DNA of 64,000 nt, from the NCBI GenBank assembly GCA_903912525.1, contig CAIWHK010000032.1:110409-174408 (forward strand), read 5' to 3'. The position numbers and the translations under genes are program-made. Shown piece after piece: positions 19,094 through 29,311 of this stretch. The stretch is from an uncultured bacterium. Its GTDB lineage: Bacteria; Krumholzibacteriota; Krumholzibacteriia; LZORAL124-64-63. The notes under the pieces were generated by a model. That model did not search any database. It worked only from the letters and a program-made list of their open reading frames with translations, and was not told the origin of the DNA. The stretch's first letter is position 1; the number at the start of each line of letters is the position of its first letter.

Positions 19094-19131
19094 GCCCGGT
19101 CGCGAACACGATCGCACCCGGACTTCCGCAT

Positions 19132-19668
19132 TCACGGCCGCAGCAGACCCTCGACAGCATGCTGATAGGTCGCCAGCGACTGCGCACCGATCCAACGCCG
19201 ACGAATGACGCCATCCGGACCCACCAGGAATGTCGTGGGCAACTGGTCGATGTTCCCGAAGGCGGGCGTCAGGTCGGGCTGGGCACCCTGCATCGCGACC
19301 GGAATCGTCAACGCCTGCCGCGCCACCACCGACCGCACCTTCCCCTCCCCCTCCTGCCCGATCGCCACGGCGATGACCAGGAGGCTGTCCGGATGGGCCC
19401 GACTGAGTTCCTGGAGATGGGGTAACGCCCGCAGGCAGGGACCGCACCAGGTATCCCAGAAATCGACGATGACGACCTTGCCGCGCTGCGCACCCAGATC
19501 CACGGACTTGCCCTCCAGGGTCGTGAGCGTCAGGGCCGGCACAACCGTGCCCTCGCGGCCTCCGCTCACCTTCGCCGCCGATGCGGCACGGCAGCCCGCC
19601 AGTGCCAGGGCGGCCACGACCATTGCGGCCACGGCCGGTCGCCACTGGGACCTCGAGATCTGAGCCAT
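19132..19668 (-). CDS. TlpA/ResA-family thiol-disulfide oxidoreductase lipoprotein
   Basis: Lipobox LALAGC; GKVVIVDFWDTWCGPC; LPTTFLV. Confidence 0.9.
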   Translation of the reverse strand: MAQISRSQWRPAVAAMVVAALALAGCRAASAAKVSGGREGTVVPALTLTTLEGKSVDLGAQRGKVVIVDFWDTWCGPCLRALPHLQELSRAHPDSLLVIAVAIGQEGEGKVRSVVARQALTIPVAMQGAQPDLTPAFGNIDQLPTTFLVGPDGVIRRRWIGAQSLATYQHAVEGLLRP

Positions 19669-19832
19669 GCGCGTCTGCCTTTCTTCATGAGCCGGGCGGC
19701 AGGCGCCGCCCAGACCCACGGTTAGTCCCGGAACCAATCCTTGTCCATCGGGCTATATCGCTTATTCTAGGCGCGCCCCGGCCCCAAGCGCCACCAGTGA
19801 GTTCCGAACAGCGTTCCAGGAAGAGGCTCCTG

Positions 19833-21668
19833 ATGCATGCCAACCGTCGGCTATGGCCGTTGTTCCCCCGGCGCCGTCGCACCCTCCGGGCTGCGGGCCT
19901 CATGGCCTGCCTCCTGGCCGTTGCCGCGCCCCAGGCCCACGCGCTTGACATCGCCGTGACGGTGCGCGGAAATGCCGTCGAAATCGGCCGCGACCTCGTC
20001 CTGGACATCGTGGTCACCCCTGCGGCAAGCGAGTTCCTCGACTCCGGCAGCCTCAAGCTCGAGGTGAACACTCCGGACGACAGCGCCCTGCTCGGCACAC
20101 CCTACCCCCCGAAAGTGACCGCCGGCGACGGAGGCGCGCTCGTCATCGAGTGGGCCGCTCCCGTCACCGGCAAGGGACGCCCGGGCGGGCACGGCCTGTC
20201 GGTGCGCGCCGCCGCCAGCACGGTCGACGGCCAACCGCTGTCCGCTGCCTGGGACGGCAAGATCACGGCGGCCTATGGCAAGGGCTGGTCCGCCGACCGC
20301 ATCCAGAACTTCCTGGACCGCCGCGGACTGCCGTTCTTCCTGGTCCTCGTCTTCGGCTTCGGCCTGCTGATGAGCCTGTCGCCGTGCATCTACCCGATGA
20401 TCCCGATCACCCTGGCGGTCATCGGCGCGCGCAGCCAGGAGAAGGGCGCACTCCACGGCCTCGGCCTGTCGGCCACCTACGTGCTGGGCATGGCCCTTGT
20501 CTACGCGATCCTCGGCGCCCTGAGCGCCTCGGTGTTCAGCGGCATCACGGCCTTCATGCAGAGTCCGGTGGTGGTCGGCCCGATCGCCGTGCTCCTGCTG
20601 GTGCTCGCTTTCAGCATGTTCGGCGCCTTCGAACTGCAGGCCCCTTCCTTCCTGCGTGACCGGCTGTCCGGCCCCGGCGGCGCCAAGGGCGGTCTTCTCG
20701 GCGTGTTCGCCATGGGCCTGGTCGCCGGGCTCGTCGCCTCGCCCTGCGTCGGCCCTTTCCTCGCCGCGCTCCTTGTCTGGGTGGCCACGACCGGCAACTG
20801 GGTGCTCGGCTTCTTCGCCCTGCTCACCTTCGGCCTCGGCATGGGCATGCTGCTGATCGGCGTCGGCACCTTCCCCGCGCTGCTGGGCACGCTCCCGCGC
20901 AGCGGCGGCTGGATGGACACGGTCAAGCGGGGCATGGGCCTGCTGCTGGTGGTCATGGCGTTCTGGTTTGTGCGGCCCGGCGTGGTCCTTCCCGCCGCCG
21001 TGTACTACCCGCTCGCCGGCGCGGCCGCGATCGTCACGGCCGTATTCATGGGCGCCTTCGATCGTCCACAGGAGTCCTGGGGTTGGTGGCCGCGCGCGCG
21101 CATGGCGCTGGGACTGGTCGTGTTCCTGGCCGGCGTGTGGTTCATGCTGGGCTCGTTCCTCGCCCACGGGTTCCTGATGCCATCGCCGTTCGGCGCGGCA
21201 ACGACCTCCGTCGGCGAGGCGCCGCCCGCGACCGCTTCGACGGCCGTGTCGCGTCCGGACGCCGCACCCGCCGGCGCCCCGGCGGCGCATGCCAAGGTCG
21301 CCTGGGAAGTCGTCACCACCGGCCCCGATGCGCGCCCGCGCCTCGATGCGCTGCGCGCGGCCGCGAAGGCCGAGGGCAAGCCCGTCATCATCGACTTCTG
21401 GGCCTCGTGGTGCATCTACTGCAAGAAGCTGGACAAGCTCGTGTGGACCGACGCGGCCGTGGTTGCCGAGTCGGCGCGTTGGAAGACAATCAAGGTCGAC
21501 GCCACCGCGACCGACGACGCCGACATGACCGCGATCAAGGAAGAGATGGGCGTGACCGGGCTGCCCCGCGTCGTGTTCATCGACAGCCAGGGAACGATCC
21601 TGCAGGACCGCTCGTCGGGCTTCGTGCCGGCGACCGACATGCTCGCCCTCATGCAGGGCGTGCGCTGA
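19833..21668 (+). CDS. dsbD: DsbD-like thiol:disulfide interchange protein
   Basis: Signal peptide; TM domain with SLSPCIYPMIP and ASPCVGP; C-terminal thioredoxin DFWASWCIYC. Confidence 0.88.
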   Translation: MHANRRLWPLFPRRRRTLRAAGLMACLLAVAAPQAHALDIAVTVRGNAVEIGRDLVLDIVVTPAASEFLDSGSLKLEVNTPDDSALLGTPYPPKVTAGDGGALVIEWAAPVTGKGRPGGHGLSVRAAASTVDGQPLSAAWDGKITAAYGKGWSADRIQNFLDRRGLPFFLVLVFGFGLLMSLSPCIYPMIPITLAVIGARSQEKGALHGLGLSATYVLGMALVYAILGALSASVFSGITAFMQSPVVVGPIAVLLLVLAFSMFGAFELQAPSFLRDRLSGPGGAKGGLLGVFAMGLVAGLVASPCVGPFLAALLVWVATTGNWVLGFFALLTFGLGMGMLLIGVGTFPALLGTLPRSGGWMDTVKRGMGLLLVVMAFWFVRPGVVLPAAVYYPLAGAAAIVTAVFMGAFDRPQESWGWWPRARMALGLVVFLAGVWFMLGSFLAHGFLMPSPFGAATTSVGEAPPATASTAVSRPDAAPAGAPAAHAKVAWEVVTTGPDARPRLDALRAAAKAEGKPVIIDFWASWCIYCKKLDKLVWTDAAVVAESARWKTIKVDATATDDADMTAIKEEMGVTGLPRVVFIDSQGTILQDRSSGFVPATDMLALMQGVR

Positions 21669-21677
21669 GGACAGCGA

Positions 21678-22493
21678 CTACTGGAACCGGATCTCGCGGC
21701 GGCCGCCGATGTCGAAGACCTTGAGCGGCCCGCCGTCGGGGTTCTCCGTCAGCACTTCCACCACGCCGTTGCCGTCGAGATCGAACAGTTCAATGCGGCC
21801 GAAGAACGGCTCGTCCTCCCACTTGATGTCGCCGGAACGCGCATCGATGACCTTACCAGAATTCAAGACGACATCAGCGCGCCCGTCCCCGTCCACGTCG
21901 CCGCAGCGGACCTCGGTCGCCGCATACTCGGCGATGCTCGTGAACTGCTTCGTGAACGTGCTCCCGTCGACATAGACCAGCCGCGCGTCGGCGATCATGA
22001 CGATCTCGGCCGCCGGATCCTCGTCGACGTTCGCCGCCGTGAAGGCGGTGATCTGGCTATACTCGCCCGAGAGCGATTCCCACAGCGGCGCGAAGCCGTC
22101 GAGTGCCCAGGCATAGACCCGCGCTCCGCCGGTCCGGCAGAGCAGCGCGTCGTCGAGCCCATCGCCGCTCAGGTCGGCCACGAGCACTTCCTCGGGGATG
22201 CCCGCCAGTTGATTGCTTTTCCAGATCGTCCGCGAGCCGCGACCGTCCATCTTGACGACCTGCACGGTGCCGAAACGCTCGGCGACCGCAAAGTACATCC
22301 CGGTCTCGCCCTGCAGCGGCTCGAACTGCACGAAGTGGTCCAGCCCGTCCGCCATCCGCGACAGGTCGCGGTACTGGCGGTAGCTCAATTCGGTCTGGGC
22401 GCCGGCGGAAAGCGACAACCCCGCCACCGAAGCGACGACCAGGGCAACGAACGCGCAACGACGGCGCGAGCAGGGAGAAAGCAGGGCACGCAT
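21678..22493 (-). CDS. Secreted FG-GAP/VCBS-repeat protein
   Basis: Signal ..SLSAGA|Q; repeats ADLSGDGLDD, ANVDEDPAAE, GDVDGDGRAD, FDLDGNGVVE. Confidence 0.8.
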   Translation of the reverse strand: MRALLSPCSRRRCAFVALVVASVAGLSLSAGAQTELSYRQYRDLSRMADGLDHFVQFEPLQGETGMYFAVAERFGTVQVVKMDGRGSRTIWKSNQLAGIPEEVLVADLSGDGLDDALLCRTGGARVYAWALDGFAPLWESLSGEYSQITAFTAANVDEDPAAEIVMIADARLVYVDGSTFTKQFTSIAEYAATEVRCGDVDGDGRADVVLNSGKVIDARSGDIKWEDEPFFGRIELFDLDGNGVVEVLTENPDGGPLKVFDIGGRREIRFQ

Positions 22494-22625
22494 GCGAACC
22501 TCGGTCCGCGCCTGCATCCGGGCGCGGTGGACTGGCGTGACACATTGACTAGACAAGCCAGGGGATCTTCGTGAGCGGAGTATAGTCGATCCGCGCGGCG
22601 CGACCACTCCTTTGCCGCAGGGCGC

Positions 22626-23294
22626 CTAGAACGGAAACGGCAGTCCCGCCCCGGCGGCCACCGTCCAGGCCGTGTAGTCGACACCGCCTTTGTGGAAGTA
22701 GCGCAGCTGGCCCTTCACCATGAGCAGCCTGCCGCTGGCGAACCGCCACTCCCGACCGTACTCGGCGACCAGCGACCAGTACTTGAGCGGCAGGGCCCCC
22801 GCATCCTCCCCGCCATCAGCGCTGCTGGCCCCGATGCCGCCACCCCAGAACGGCACGGCAACCCGGTCCCCATTGCCGGTCCCGGCGCCCAGGCGTTGGT
22901 AGCGCCGCAGGATCAGGTCGGCCGACAGCGTCCGTCCACCCTGGCCCAGCGACAGCCGTTCCGCCTGCAGGACCATGCCGGTGTTCCAGTCGTAGAGGAA
23001 ATCAAGAAAACCCGCGGCTTCCGCCGGGCGGAAGATGACGCCGCCGCCAACGACCGGCTGCCCCTGATCGTGGTCGAACGCGCCTCCAAGGCCGAGGGTT
23101 CCAAAGACCACCGGCGCTTCGTCGGGAGAGCGATTCAGGCGGCTGGCCGGCAGCGCCAGCCGGGAGTTCGCAGCGGACTTCGGCTCGGCTGCCGTGGCCA
23201 GGCCCGGCCCACCGAAGACGCCCGCCAGCACCGTCGCCAGCGCCAGCGACCGCGCGAAGCGGGAAACGGACCCATTCAACAGATCGTCTCGCAC
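22626..23294 (-). CDS. Putative small outer-membrane beta-barrel protein
   Basis: GTG after AAGGA; signal peptide; amphipathic beta-strands (PFWGGGIG, VAEYGREW, VKGQLRYF); C-terminal Phe. Confidence 0.65.
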   Translation of the reverse strand: MRDDLLNGSVSRFARSLALATVLAGVFGGPGLATAAEPKSAANSRLALPASRLNRSPDEAPVVFGTLGLGGAFDHDQGQPVVGGGVIFRPAEAAGFLDFLYDWNTGMVLQAERLSLGQGGRTLSADLILRRYQRLGAGTGNGDRVAVPFWGGGIGASSADGGEDAGALPLKYWSLVAEYGREWRFASGRLLMVKGQLRYFHKGGVDYTAWTVAAGAGLPFPF

Positions 23295-23359
23295 AGGGAT
23301 TCCTTTCTTCGACGCCCGGGAGCGGCGCACCGCGGCGCCAACACAATCCCGGGAGTTCA

Positions 23360-23375
23360 TGCAAGGCCGGTGCCA
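23360..23375 (-). promoter_or_regulatory. Sigma-54 -24/-12 promoter
   Basis: TGGCACCGGCCTTGCA = TGGCAC-N5-TTGCA, 66 bp upstream of the OM barrel gene. Confidence 0.75.
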
Positions 23376-23512
23376 GACAGTGCCGCAAACGACGACGGCA
23401 AAGCCTTGCCGCACAAGCACCTGCGGTGTACCCTGAAAGGGCGCGCGCCCGGCAGGGCCGGCCGCTGACCTCAATCCTGACATGCGCCGGGGAGCCGCCC
23501 AGTGAGCATCCA

Positions 23513-24148
23513 GTGAACAGCCCAGCCGTCCCACCGGACGCCGTGCGGATCCTCGGCGGCGATGGATCCGCAGAAATGACGGAACAGCGGTCCCGGTTCC
23601 TGGGCTACGCCTTCGCCGCCGACAGCGAGGATGCCGCGCGCGACGCCATCGCCGCCATCGCGAAGCGCCACCACGATGCGCGCCATACCTGCAGCGCGTG
23701 GCGACTCGGCTCACCGCCCCCGCCACGCGAATACCGGAACGACGATGGCGAACCGTCCGGCACCGCAGGCGAACCCCTGCTGGCGTCGATCCGCAAGCTG
23801 GACCTGACCAACACTGTCGTCGTGGTCGTTCGCTGGTTCGGCGGTGTCAAGCTGGGTCCTGGCGGACTCGCGCGCGCCTACGGCCGGACGGCGACCATGG
23901 CCCTCGAAGCGGCCCCTGTCGCGCTGCTGCCTCTGGGGCGCACGTACGAGCTGCGCTTCCCGTATCACCTGCGGCAGGCCGTCGAGCGGCTGGTGACCCT
24001 GCGGGGCGGCCTGACGCGCACGGCCAACTACGGTGTGGATGTCGCGTGGGATGTCTGGCTGCCCCACTCCGGCTGCCCCGGTTTCGCGGAGGCGGTCGTC
24101 GAGGCGACCGCCGGGCTTGTCGTTGCGCGGGAAACCACCGCGGACTGA
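23513..24148 (+). CDS. yigZ: YigZ/IMPACT-family protein
   Basis: SRFLG, ARHTCSAW, DDGEPSGTAG, VVVRWFGGVKLGPGGLARAY. Confidence 0.93.
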   Translation: MNSPAVPPDAVRILGGDGSAEMTEQRSRFLGYAFAADSEDAARDAIAAIAKRHHDARHTCSAWRLGSPPPPREYRNDDGEPSGTAGEPLLASIRKLDLTNTVVVVVRWFGGVKLGPGGLARAYGRTATMALEAAPVALLPLGRTYELRFPYHLRQAVERLVTLRGGLTRTANYGVDVAWDVWLPHSGCPGFAEAVVEATAGLVVARETTAD

Positions 24149-24188
24149 GCGGGCGCGGGACCACAGCCCAACCGACGCCGCAGAAACG

Positions 24189-24219
24189 ACGGGGCCCCGG
24201 TCACTGACCGGGGCCCCGT
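24189..24219. terminator. Perfect 15-bp inverted repeat, probable bidirectional terminator
   Basis: ACGGGGCCCCGGTCA-C-TGACCGGGGCCCCGT between convergent yigZ and sigma genes. Confidence 0.85.
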
Positions 24220-24314
24220 TTGTTCGCTCGTTCGTCTGCTCGTCCATCCGCGCGCCCTGTTCCCCGGGACCGGTGAGCCGCACCGGCCGCGTGAAAGGGC
24301 GTGTCGGTCCGCCC

Positions 24315-25313
24315 TCAGACCTGCCGGTCCTCGGCGTAATCCTGCATGTACTTGAACGTCTTGCTGCACCGGATCTTCTCGAACGCCTCTTCCTTGATCT
24401 GGCGGATGCGCTCGCGCGTCAGGCCCATGATCTGCCCGATTTCCTCGAGCGTCAGTTCCTGATCCGTCCCGAGCCCGTAGTACAGCTTGAGAACCTTGGC
24501 CTCGCGGTCCTTCAGGTCACCCAGCATGCGCCCGATGCTCGTGTTCAGGTCGTCGTCCATCACCTTGGCGTCAGGGCCCTCGCTCCCCGTGTCCTCCAGG
24601 AAGTCGAGGTAGGTGCTGTCCTCGTCGTTGCCCACGAAATCATCCAGGAAGAAATTGTCCTGCATGAGGGGCAGTGTGTCCTTGACCTCGTCGACCGAAA
24701 GACCGAGGAACTTCGCGATCTCCTCCGGCTCCGGCTTGCGACGCAGCTTCTGCTGCAGCTCGCTGCTGGCCTTCTTGATCTGGTTCAGCACGCGCGCGCG
24801 GTTCAGCGGCATGCGAACGATCTTGCTGTGGTTCGCCAGCGCGGCCAGGATCGACTGGCGGATCCACCACACCGCGTACGAGATGAACTTGAAGCCGCGC
24901 GTCTCGTCGAAGCGCTGCGCCGCCTTCAGCAGGCCCAGGTTGCCCTCGTTGATGAGGTCCTCCAGGGGTACGCCGTAGTGCGCATATTCCTTCGCGATCG
25001 ACACCACGAAACGAAGGTTCGCCTTCACCAGCTTGTGCAGGCTCTCGTTGTCGTTGGCGTGGATGCCGCGGGCCAGTTCGCATTCCTCGTCGCGGGTCAG
25101 CAGCGAGTACGCCTTGACCTCCTGGAAGTACAGGTCGAGGTTGCTCATCAGCTGCGCAGCGGGAGCGGCCTGCTCCTGCGCTGCACGGGTGCCCCGGCGC
25201 GCCTTGGCGCGCGGGCGCGGGGCCGGCTTCACATTCGCCGTCGCAGCCGACGCTGCCTTGCCGCCGGCAGCAACCTTCTTCGCTGCCCGGACCTGCTTGA
25301 CCGCCTTGGCCAT
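24315..25313 (-). CDS. RpoD/SigA-family sigma-70 factor lacking region 1.1
   Basis: LVKANLRFVVSIAK, DLINEGNLGL, FKFISYAVWWIRQSI, TLEEIG..LTRERIRQI; Ala/Lys/Arg-rich N-tail. Confidence 0.93.
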   Translation of the reverse strand: MAKAVKQVRAAKKVAAGGKAASAATANVKPAPRPRAKARRGTRAAQEQAAPAAQLMSNLDLYFQEVKAYSLLTRDEECELARGIHANDNESLHKLVKANLRFVVSIAKEYAHYGVPLEDLINEGNLGLLKAAQRFDETRGFKFISYAVWWIRQSILAALANHSKIVRMPLNRARVLNQIKKASSELQQKLRRKPEPEEIAKFLGLSVDEVKDTLPLMQDNFFLDDFVGNDEDSTYLDFLEDTGSEGPDAKVMDDDLNTSIGRMLGDLKDREAKVLKLYYGLGTDQELTLEEIGQIMGLTRERIRQIKEEAFEKIRCSKTFKYMQDYAEDRQV

Positions 25314-25658
25314 GATCTGCCTCTTTTCGCGCTTGCCCATGTGGGGGCCCGGCGACCGGCGCCGGGATGTTGTTCTCGTTTCTTGATCGCCCTATTACAA
25401 GTTGCATACCACTGAAGTCGATTTCGGCGCACCTTTGTATACTTTTGCAACCTTCTCAATGCCAGCATGTTACGACGCTCACTGGCCGACTCTCGCGAGC
25501 CTGCCGGAGCACGCTGTTTCCGGCTTTGTCAATTTGTCAAAACGAGCCCGTCGTCCTCCGTCAGAATGTCAATGGACCTGCGCCTGCGGACGGTCTGGTG
25601 CCGCGCCCGGGCCCCTGTTACTGTTGGCCGCCGAACCACCAGCGAAAGCGGCTGCCCG

Positions 25659-27866
25659 ATGCTTCCGGACCGGAAAGAACCCACGCGGCCGACCCCCCCC
25701 CTGGCTGGACCGTCGCGGGCGACGATGCCTGCGCAGGCGTTGACGGCGCTCATCGTCATGACCCTCGCCTGTGTACTCTCCTGGCATCCGCTCGAGGATC
25801 TCGACATCTGGTTCCACGACCGCGCGGGCGCCGATTTCATGGCGACCGGACCCCTTCCCGCCCAGAACCACTACAGCTTCACCGAGCCCACCCATGCCTG
25901 GCTGAACCACGAATGGGCCTTTCAACTGCTGGCGCACGCCGCCGGCCCGCACGGCCACGCCACCGAGGGCGCGGTCGCCGGCTGGAACCTGTTGCGGTTG
26001 CTGCTGGCGGCGGCAATCGTCGCCGCTCTCCTGTTGGGCGACGGCGGCCTGCGCCGCCTGCGTGGCGAAGGGAGCGCACTGGCCGCCGCCTGGCACGGGC
26101 CGCTCCTGCTGGGCAGCCTGACACTGCTCTGGCCCCGCTTGCTGCTCCGGCCCGAACTCGTGTCCTACGTCGCGCTCGTGTTCCTCGTCCGCTGGACCGA
26201 GGACCTCCGCACCGACCTGTCGAACGACGGGATGGTCGGCCTTCACGCGCGCGACCTGGTCGACCCGCGCCACCGGGCCGGGCGCCTGTTCTGGCTGACG
26301 CTCGTCTGGGCACAGTGCCATGGTTTCTCGGCTGCGGCCCCGCTGCTGGTGGCCCTTGGGCTGCTTGCGCCGGCCCCAGGGCAGGCCCTGTGCCTTCCCA
26401 ATGGCCGCTCCCTGCGCGCAGCCGGTCTTGTCGTCGCCGCCACACTGGTGGCCCTCGTGGCAACGCCCAACGGCCTGCAGGGGCTGGCGTTCCCCTTGCG
26501 CGCGATCGGACAGTTCGGCGGGGGCGCCAACCTGCGGAACACGATCGCCGAACTGGCGCCGCTCCTGCGCACGCCGGACATGCTCGGCCTGACAACCGCC
26601 TTCTTCGAGGCCAGCCTGGCCGTGGGCGCCGCCATGGTCATCGCCGGCTGGCGCCGCATCGGTGTGCTGAGGATCGTGCTGTGGCTGGCGATGGCGGCGG
26701 CGACGTTCAGCAGCCAGCGGGCGTTGGGCCCCTATGGCATCGCCTTCGCCCTGCTGGGCCTGCGGGGGACCTTGCCGAACGCCCTGCGCGCAAGATTCGG
26801 ATCACGCGGTGCCGGGGCCCTGGTGTGCGCCGGCGCCGCCACCGGCCTGGTGACGGCCATCCTGTGGGGCGCAGCCGTGACCAGCGACCGATTCTACCTG
26901 GCCGAGGGCGTGACGCGCCGCTTTGGCAATGGACTGGCGACGGCACAGTACCCGGTGGAAGCCGCCGCGACACTCGCCGGGCGCCCGGGTGCCCACGTTT
27001 TCGCCAACCTCGGCGCCAGCGGCCTGCTCCTGGGTACCACGCGGGCCCTGCCGTTCGTCGACGGGCGCACGGAAGCCTATTCCCCGGTGCTGTGGCGCGA
27101 ATACCTCGACATCAAGTCCGCGGGCGACCGCGCGCTGTCGTTGTTGGACGCCCGCCAAGTCGAAGCCGTTTGCCTGGCCAACCCCGGTGGTCCGTTCGCG
27201 GCGTTGGCGGCGGACCTTGTCGCCTCCCACCGCTGGAACCTTGCCGCCGCCGAGGGCGCCGGCCTGCTCTTCGTGCGCGAAACCCTGCCCTTCGGCCCGG
27301 ACGCCGCCGAGCGCATGGAGACCGCCAAGCGCGCCGTGCTCCTGGAAGCGGCCGATCGCCAGCAGGCTGCGGCCCGCACGCCGTCGCTGTCGCCGGCACG
27401 GGCCGCCGACGGCCTTCTGGCCGCCGCCACGCTGTACCGCCTTGCCGGGGCTGACGACCAGCGACGAGAATGTCTTTCGGCCGCGGCCGCCCGCTCGCCG
27501 CGCCATGCACTCGCGCGCCACAACTACGGCAATCAGCTGCTGGCCGACGGACGACCCGATGCCGCACTGGTCGAGTTCCGTGCCGCAGCAGCAGCCAACC
27601 GGCGAATGGCCGGGCCGCGCCTGAACGCAGGTGTCTGCCTGATGAAGCTGCAGCAACCGGCCGAGGCCGCCCGTTGGTTTGCCCGGGCCACGCGCGTCGA
27701 TTCGCAGTCGTTCGAGGCCTGGGCCAATCTGGCGGTGGCCCGAAACGCAGCGGGGGACCGGGCCGGCGCGTTGTCGGCTGTCGACCGCGCCCTGGCCCTG
27801 TCCCCCGCCAATGCCCGCCTGGCAGGCTTGCGTGATTCCCTGCGCCGGGGCGCCCCCGCTCAGTAG
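25659..27866 (+). CDS. Multi-TM membrane protein (GT-C glycosyltransferase-like) with C-terminal TPRs
   Basis: EDLDIWFH after TM1, WLNHEW, LRPE, WAQCHG, FVDGRTEAY; TPRs (ARHNYGN, RLNAGVCL, AWANLAVA); start uncertain. Confidence 0.65.
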   Translation: MLPDRKEPTRPTPPLAGPSRATMPAQALTALIVMTLACVLSWHPLEDLDIWFHDRAGADFMATGPLPAQNHYSFTEPTHAWLNHEWAFQLLAHAAGPHGHATEGAVAGWNLLRLLLAAAIVAALLLGDGGLRRLRGEGSALAAAWHGPLLLGSLTLLWPRLLLRPELVSYVALVFLVRWTEDLRTDLSNDGMVGLHARDLVDPRHRAGRLFWLTLVWAQCHGFSAAAPLLVALGLLAPAPGQALCLPNGRSLRAAGLVVAATLVALVATPNGLQGLAFPLRAIGQFGGGANLRNTIAELAPLLRTPDMLGLTTAFFEASLAVGAAMVIAGWRRIGVLRIVLWLAMAAATFSSQRALGPYGIAFALLGLRGTLPNALRARFGSRGAGALVCAGAATGLVTAILWGAAVTSDRFYLAEGVTRRFGNGLATAQYPVEAAATLAGRPGAHVFANLGASGLLLGTTRALPFVDGRTEAYSPVLWREYLDIKSAGDRALSLLDARQVEAVCLANPGGPFAALAADLVASHRWNLAAAEGAGLLFVRETLPFGPDAAERMETAKRAVLLEAADRQQAAARTPSLSPARAADGLLAAATLYRLAGADDQRRECLSAAAARSPRHALARHNYGNQLLADGRPDAALVEFRAAAAANRRMAGPRLNAGVCLMKLQQPAEAARWFARATRVDSQSFEAWANLAVARNAAGDRAGALSAVDRALALSPANARLAGLRDSLRRGAPAQ

Positions 27867-29257
27867 CGGACGTCGACCGTGTAGGTCAGCACCGTCTCGC
27901 CGCCGGCAGCCACGGGCACGGCGAACGAAATGGTCGAGGCATCGACCTTCTTCGCGGGCAGCGACGACGCCTTCATTTCCCAGAATCCGCCCACCGACTC
28001 GACAACCTCCACAACCACCGACTCGGTCTTGTGATTGCGCAGCGTGATCGCGAAGCTGTAGCGGTAACGATCATCCGCCACCTTGCTGCTGTCGGTGCGC
28101 ACGCGCTTCGCGACCAGGTCGAACGCATTCCCGGTGTGCAACTGGACGGTCTCGTCGACCGGCGTGTGGTTGATCCGGTCCTCGCCCAGCAGTTGGCGAC
28201 CGCCGCTGGCCGACTTCCCGTACACCCGCACGACGCCCGCCGGCAACGGCTTGCCCAGCGCGTTCGACGCGCGGTTGGCGAAAGAGTAGAACACCTCGAC
28301 CGGGGGGGCCTGTGACATGTCACCCATGCCGCGGAAATAGTACTCCTGCCCCGTCAGGCGATAGTGCCGCTCGACCTTCATGCCCTGCGCCTCGAACAGG
28401 GCGATCTGCTTGATCTGGTTGTCGAGCAGCGTGGTCGGGCGTTGCAGCGTGTACATGTGGTAGTCGTACAGTTCCTCCTGCACGAACCCGCCGTCGCGCG
28501 TGGCCATCATCGACATTTCCGCCATCATCACCTGCTTGGGCGCCACCTGGTTGACGTCGCCCGCGACCAGCAGCAGCTTCGCGTCCTCGAACGCGCCCCC
28601 GCTGCGGTTGTCGACCGACACCCACGCCTGCAGGTCGCCGCGCTGGCCGGCGGCATCCAACTGCAGCACGTAGTCGGCCTGCCAGGACATGCCGTGCGTC
28701 ACGTACGAAGCCTCGAGGTCCGTCGCGCCCTTGCGCTCGCTGCTCGCCAGCCAGACCAGTGTCGGCCGGTCGCGCAGGTTCGCCGGCAGCGCAGGCAGCG
28801 CCAGCCGACCCGGCACGTCGAACACGATCTCGCCGCCGACCCGGAACACCGGGCCGTCGCTCATGCCCAGCAATGTGCCCTGCACGCGCTTGCCATCTTC
28901 CTGGATCCAGGACAGGTCCTTGCCCACGTACTTCTCGAGGATCCGCTGGCGCGACATCAGGTCGAATTCGTAGTTCTGCTCGAGCAGGTCGAACGACTTG
29001 TCGCCCGGCGCATTGACCAGCAACGTCACCGGGTCGATCTGCGCCGGCACGTCCCGGAACTCCAGCCGGAACACCCCTGCGGGAAGGTCCACCGCACGGG
29101 TCTCCCGGACCAGGGCCAGGTCGCGGTTGTAGACCGTGACGTCCACCCCGCGCCGCGCGGCAGCGCCGCTGACGACCGGCGGCGGCGCGTCGGCGGCCAG
29201 GACCGCAACCGCCTGCAGGGCGACGATGAACCAGGGAGCTACAAACCTGGGCGTCAT
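27860..29257 (-). CDS. DUF4139/DUF4140 secreted protein
   Basis: VTVYNRDLALVRE, LLEQNYEFDLMS, SWQADY, PLPAGVVRVY, LGEDRINHTP, GNAFD; AGGAGG RBS. Confidence 0.88.
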   Translation of the reverse strand: MTPRFVAPWFIVALQAVAVLAADAPPPVVSGAAARRGVDVTVYNRDLALVRETRAVDLPAGVFRLEFRDVPAQIDPVTLLVNAPGDKSFDLLEQNYEFDLMSRQRILEKYVGKDLSWIQEDGKRVQGTLLGMSDGPVFRVGGEIVFDVPGRLALPALPANLRDRPTLVWLASSERKGATDLEASYVTHGMSWQADYVLQLDAAGQRGDLQAWVSVDNRSGGAFEDAKLLLVAGDVNQVAPKQVMMAEMSMMATRDGGFVQEELYDYHMYTLQRPTTLLDNQIKQIALFEAQGMKVERHYRLTGQEYYFRGMGDMSQAPPVEVFYSFANRASNALGKPLPAGVVRVYGKSASGGRQLLGEDRINHTPVDETVQLHTGNAFDLVAKRVRTDSSKVADDRYRYSFAITLRNHKTESVVVEVVESVGGFWEMKASSLPAKKVDASTISFAVPVAAGGETVLTYTVDVRY

Positions 29258-29311
29258 GAGCCAACCTCCTGAAATTGCCTGCAACTGCCGGGATGCGCCC
29301 CCGAATCGGGG

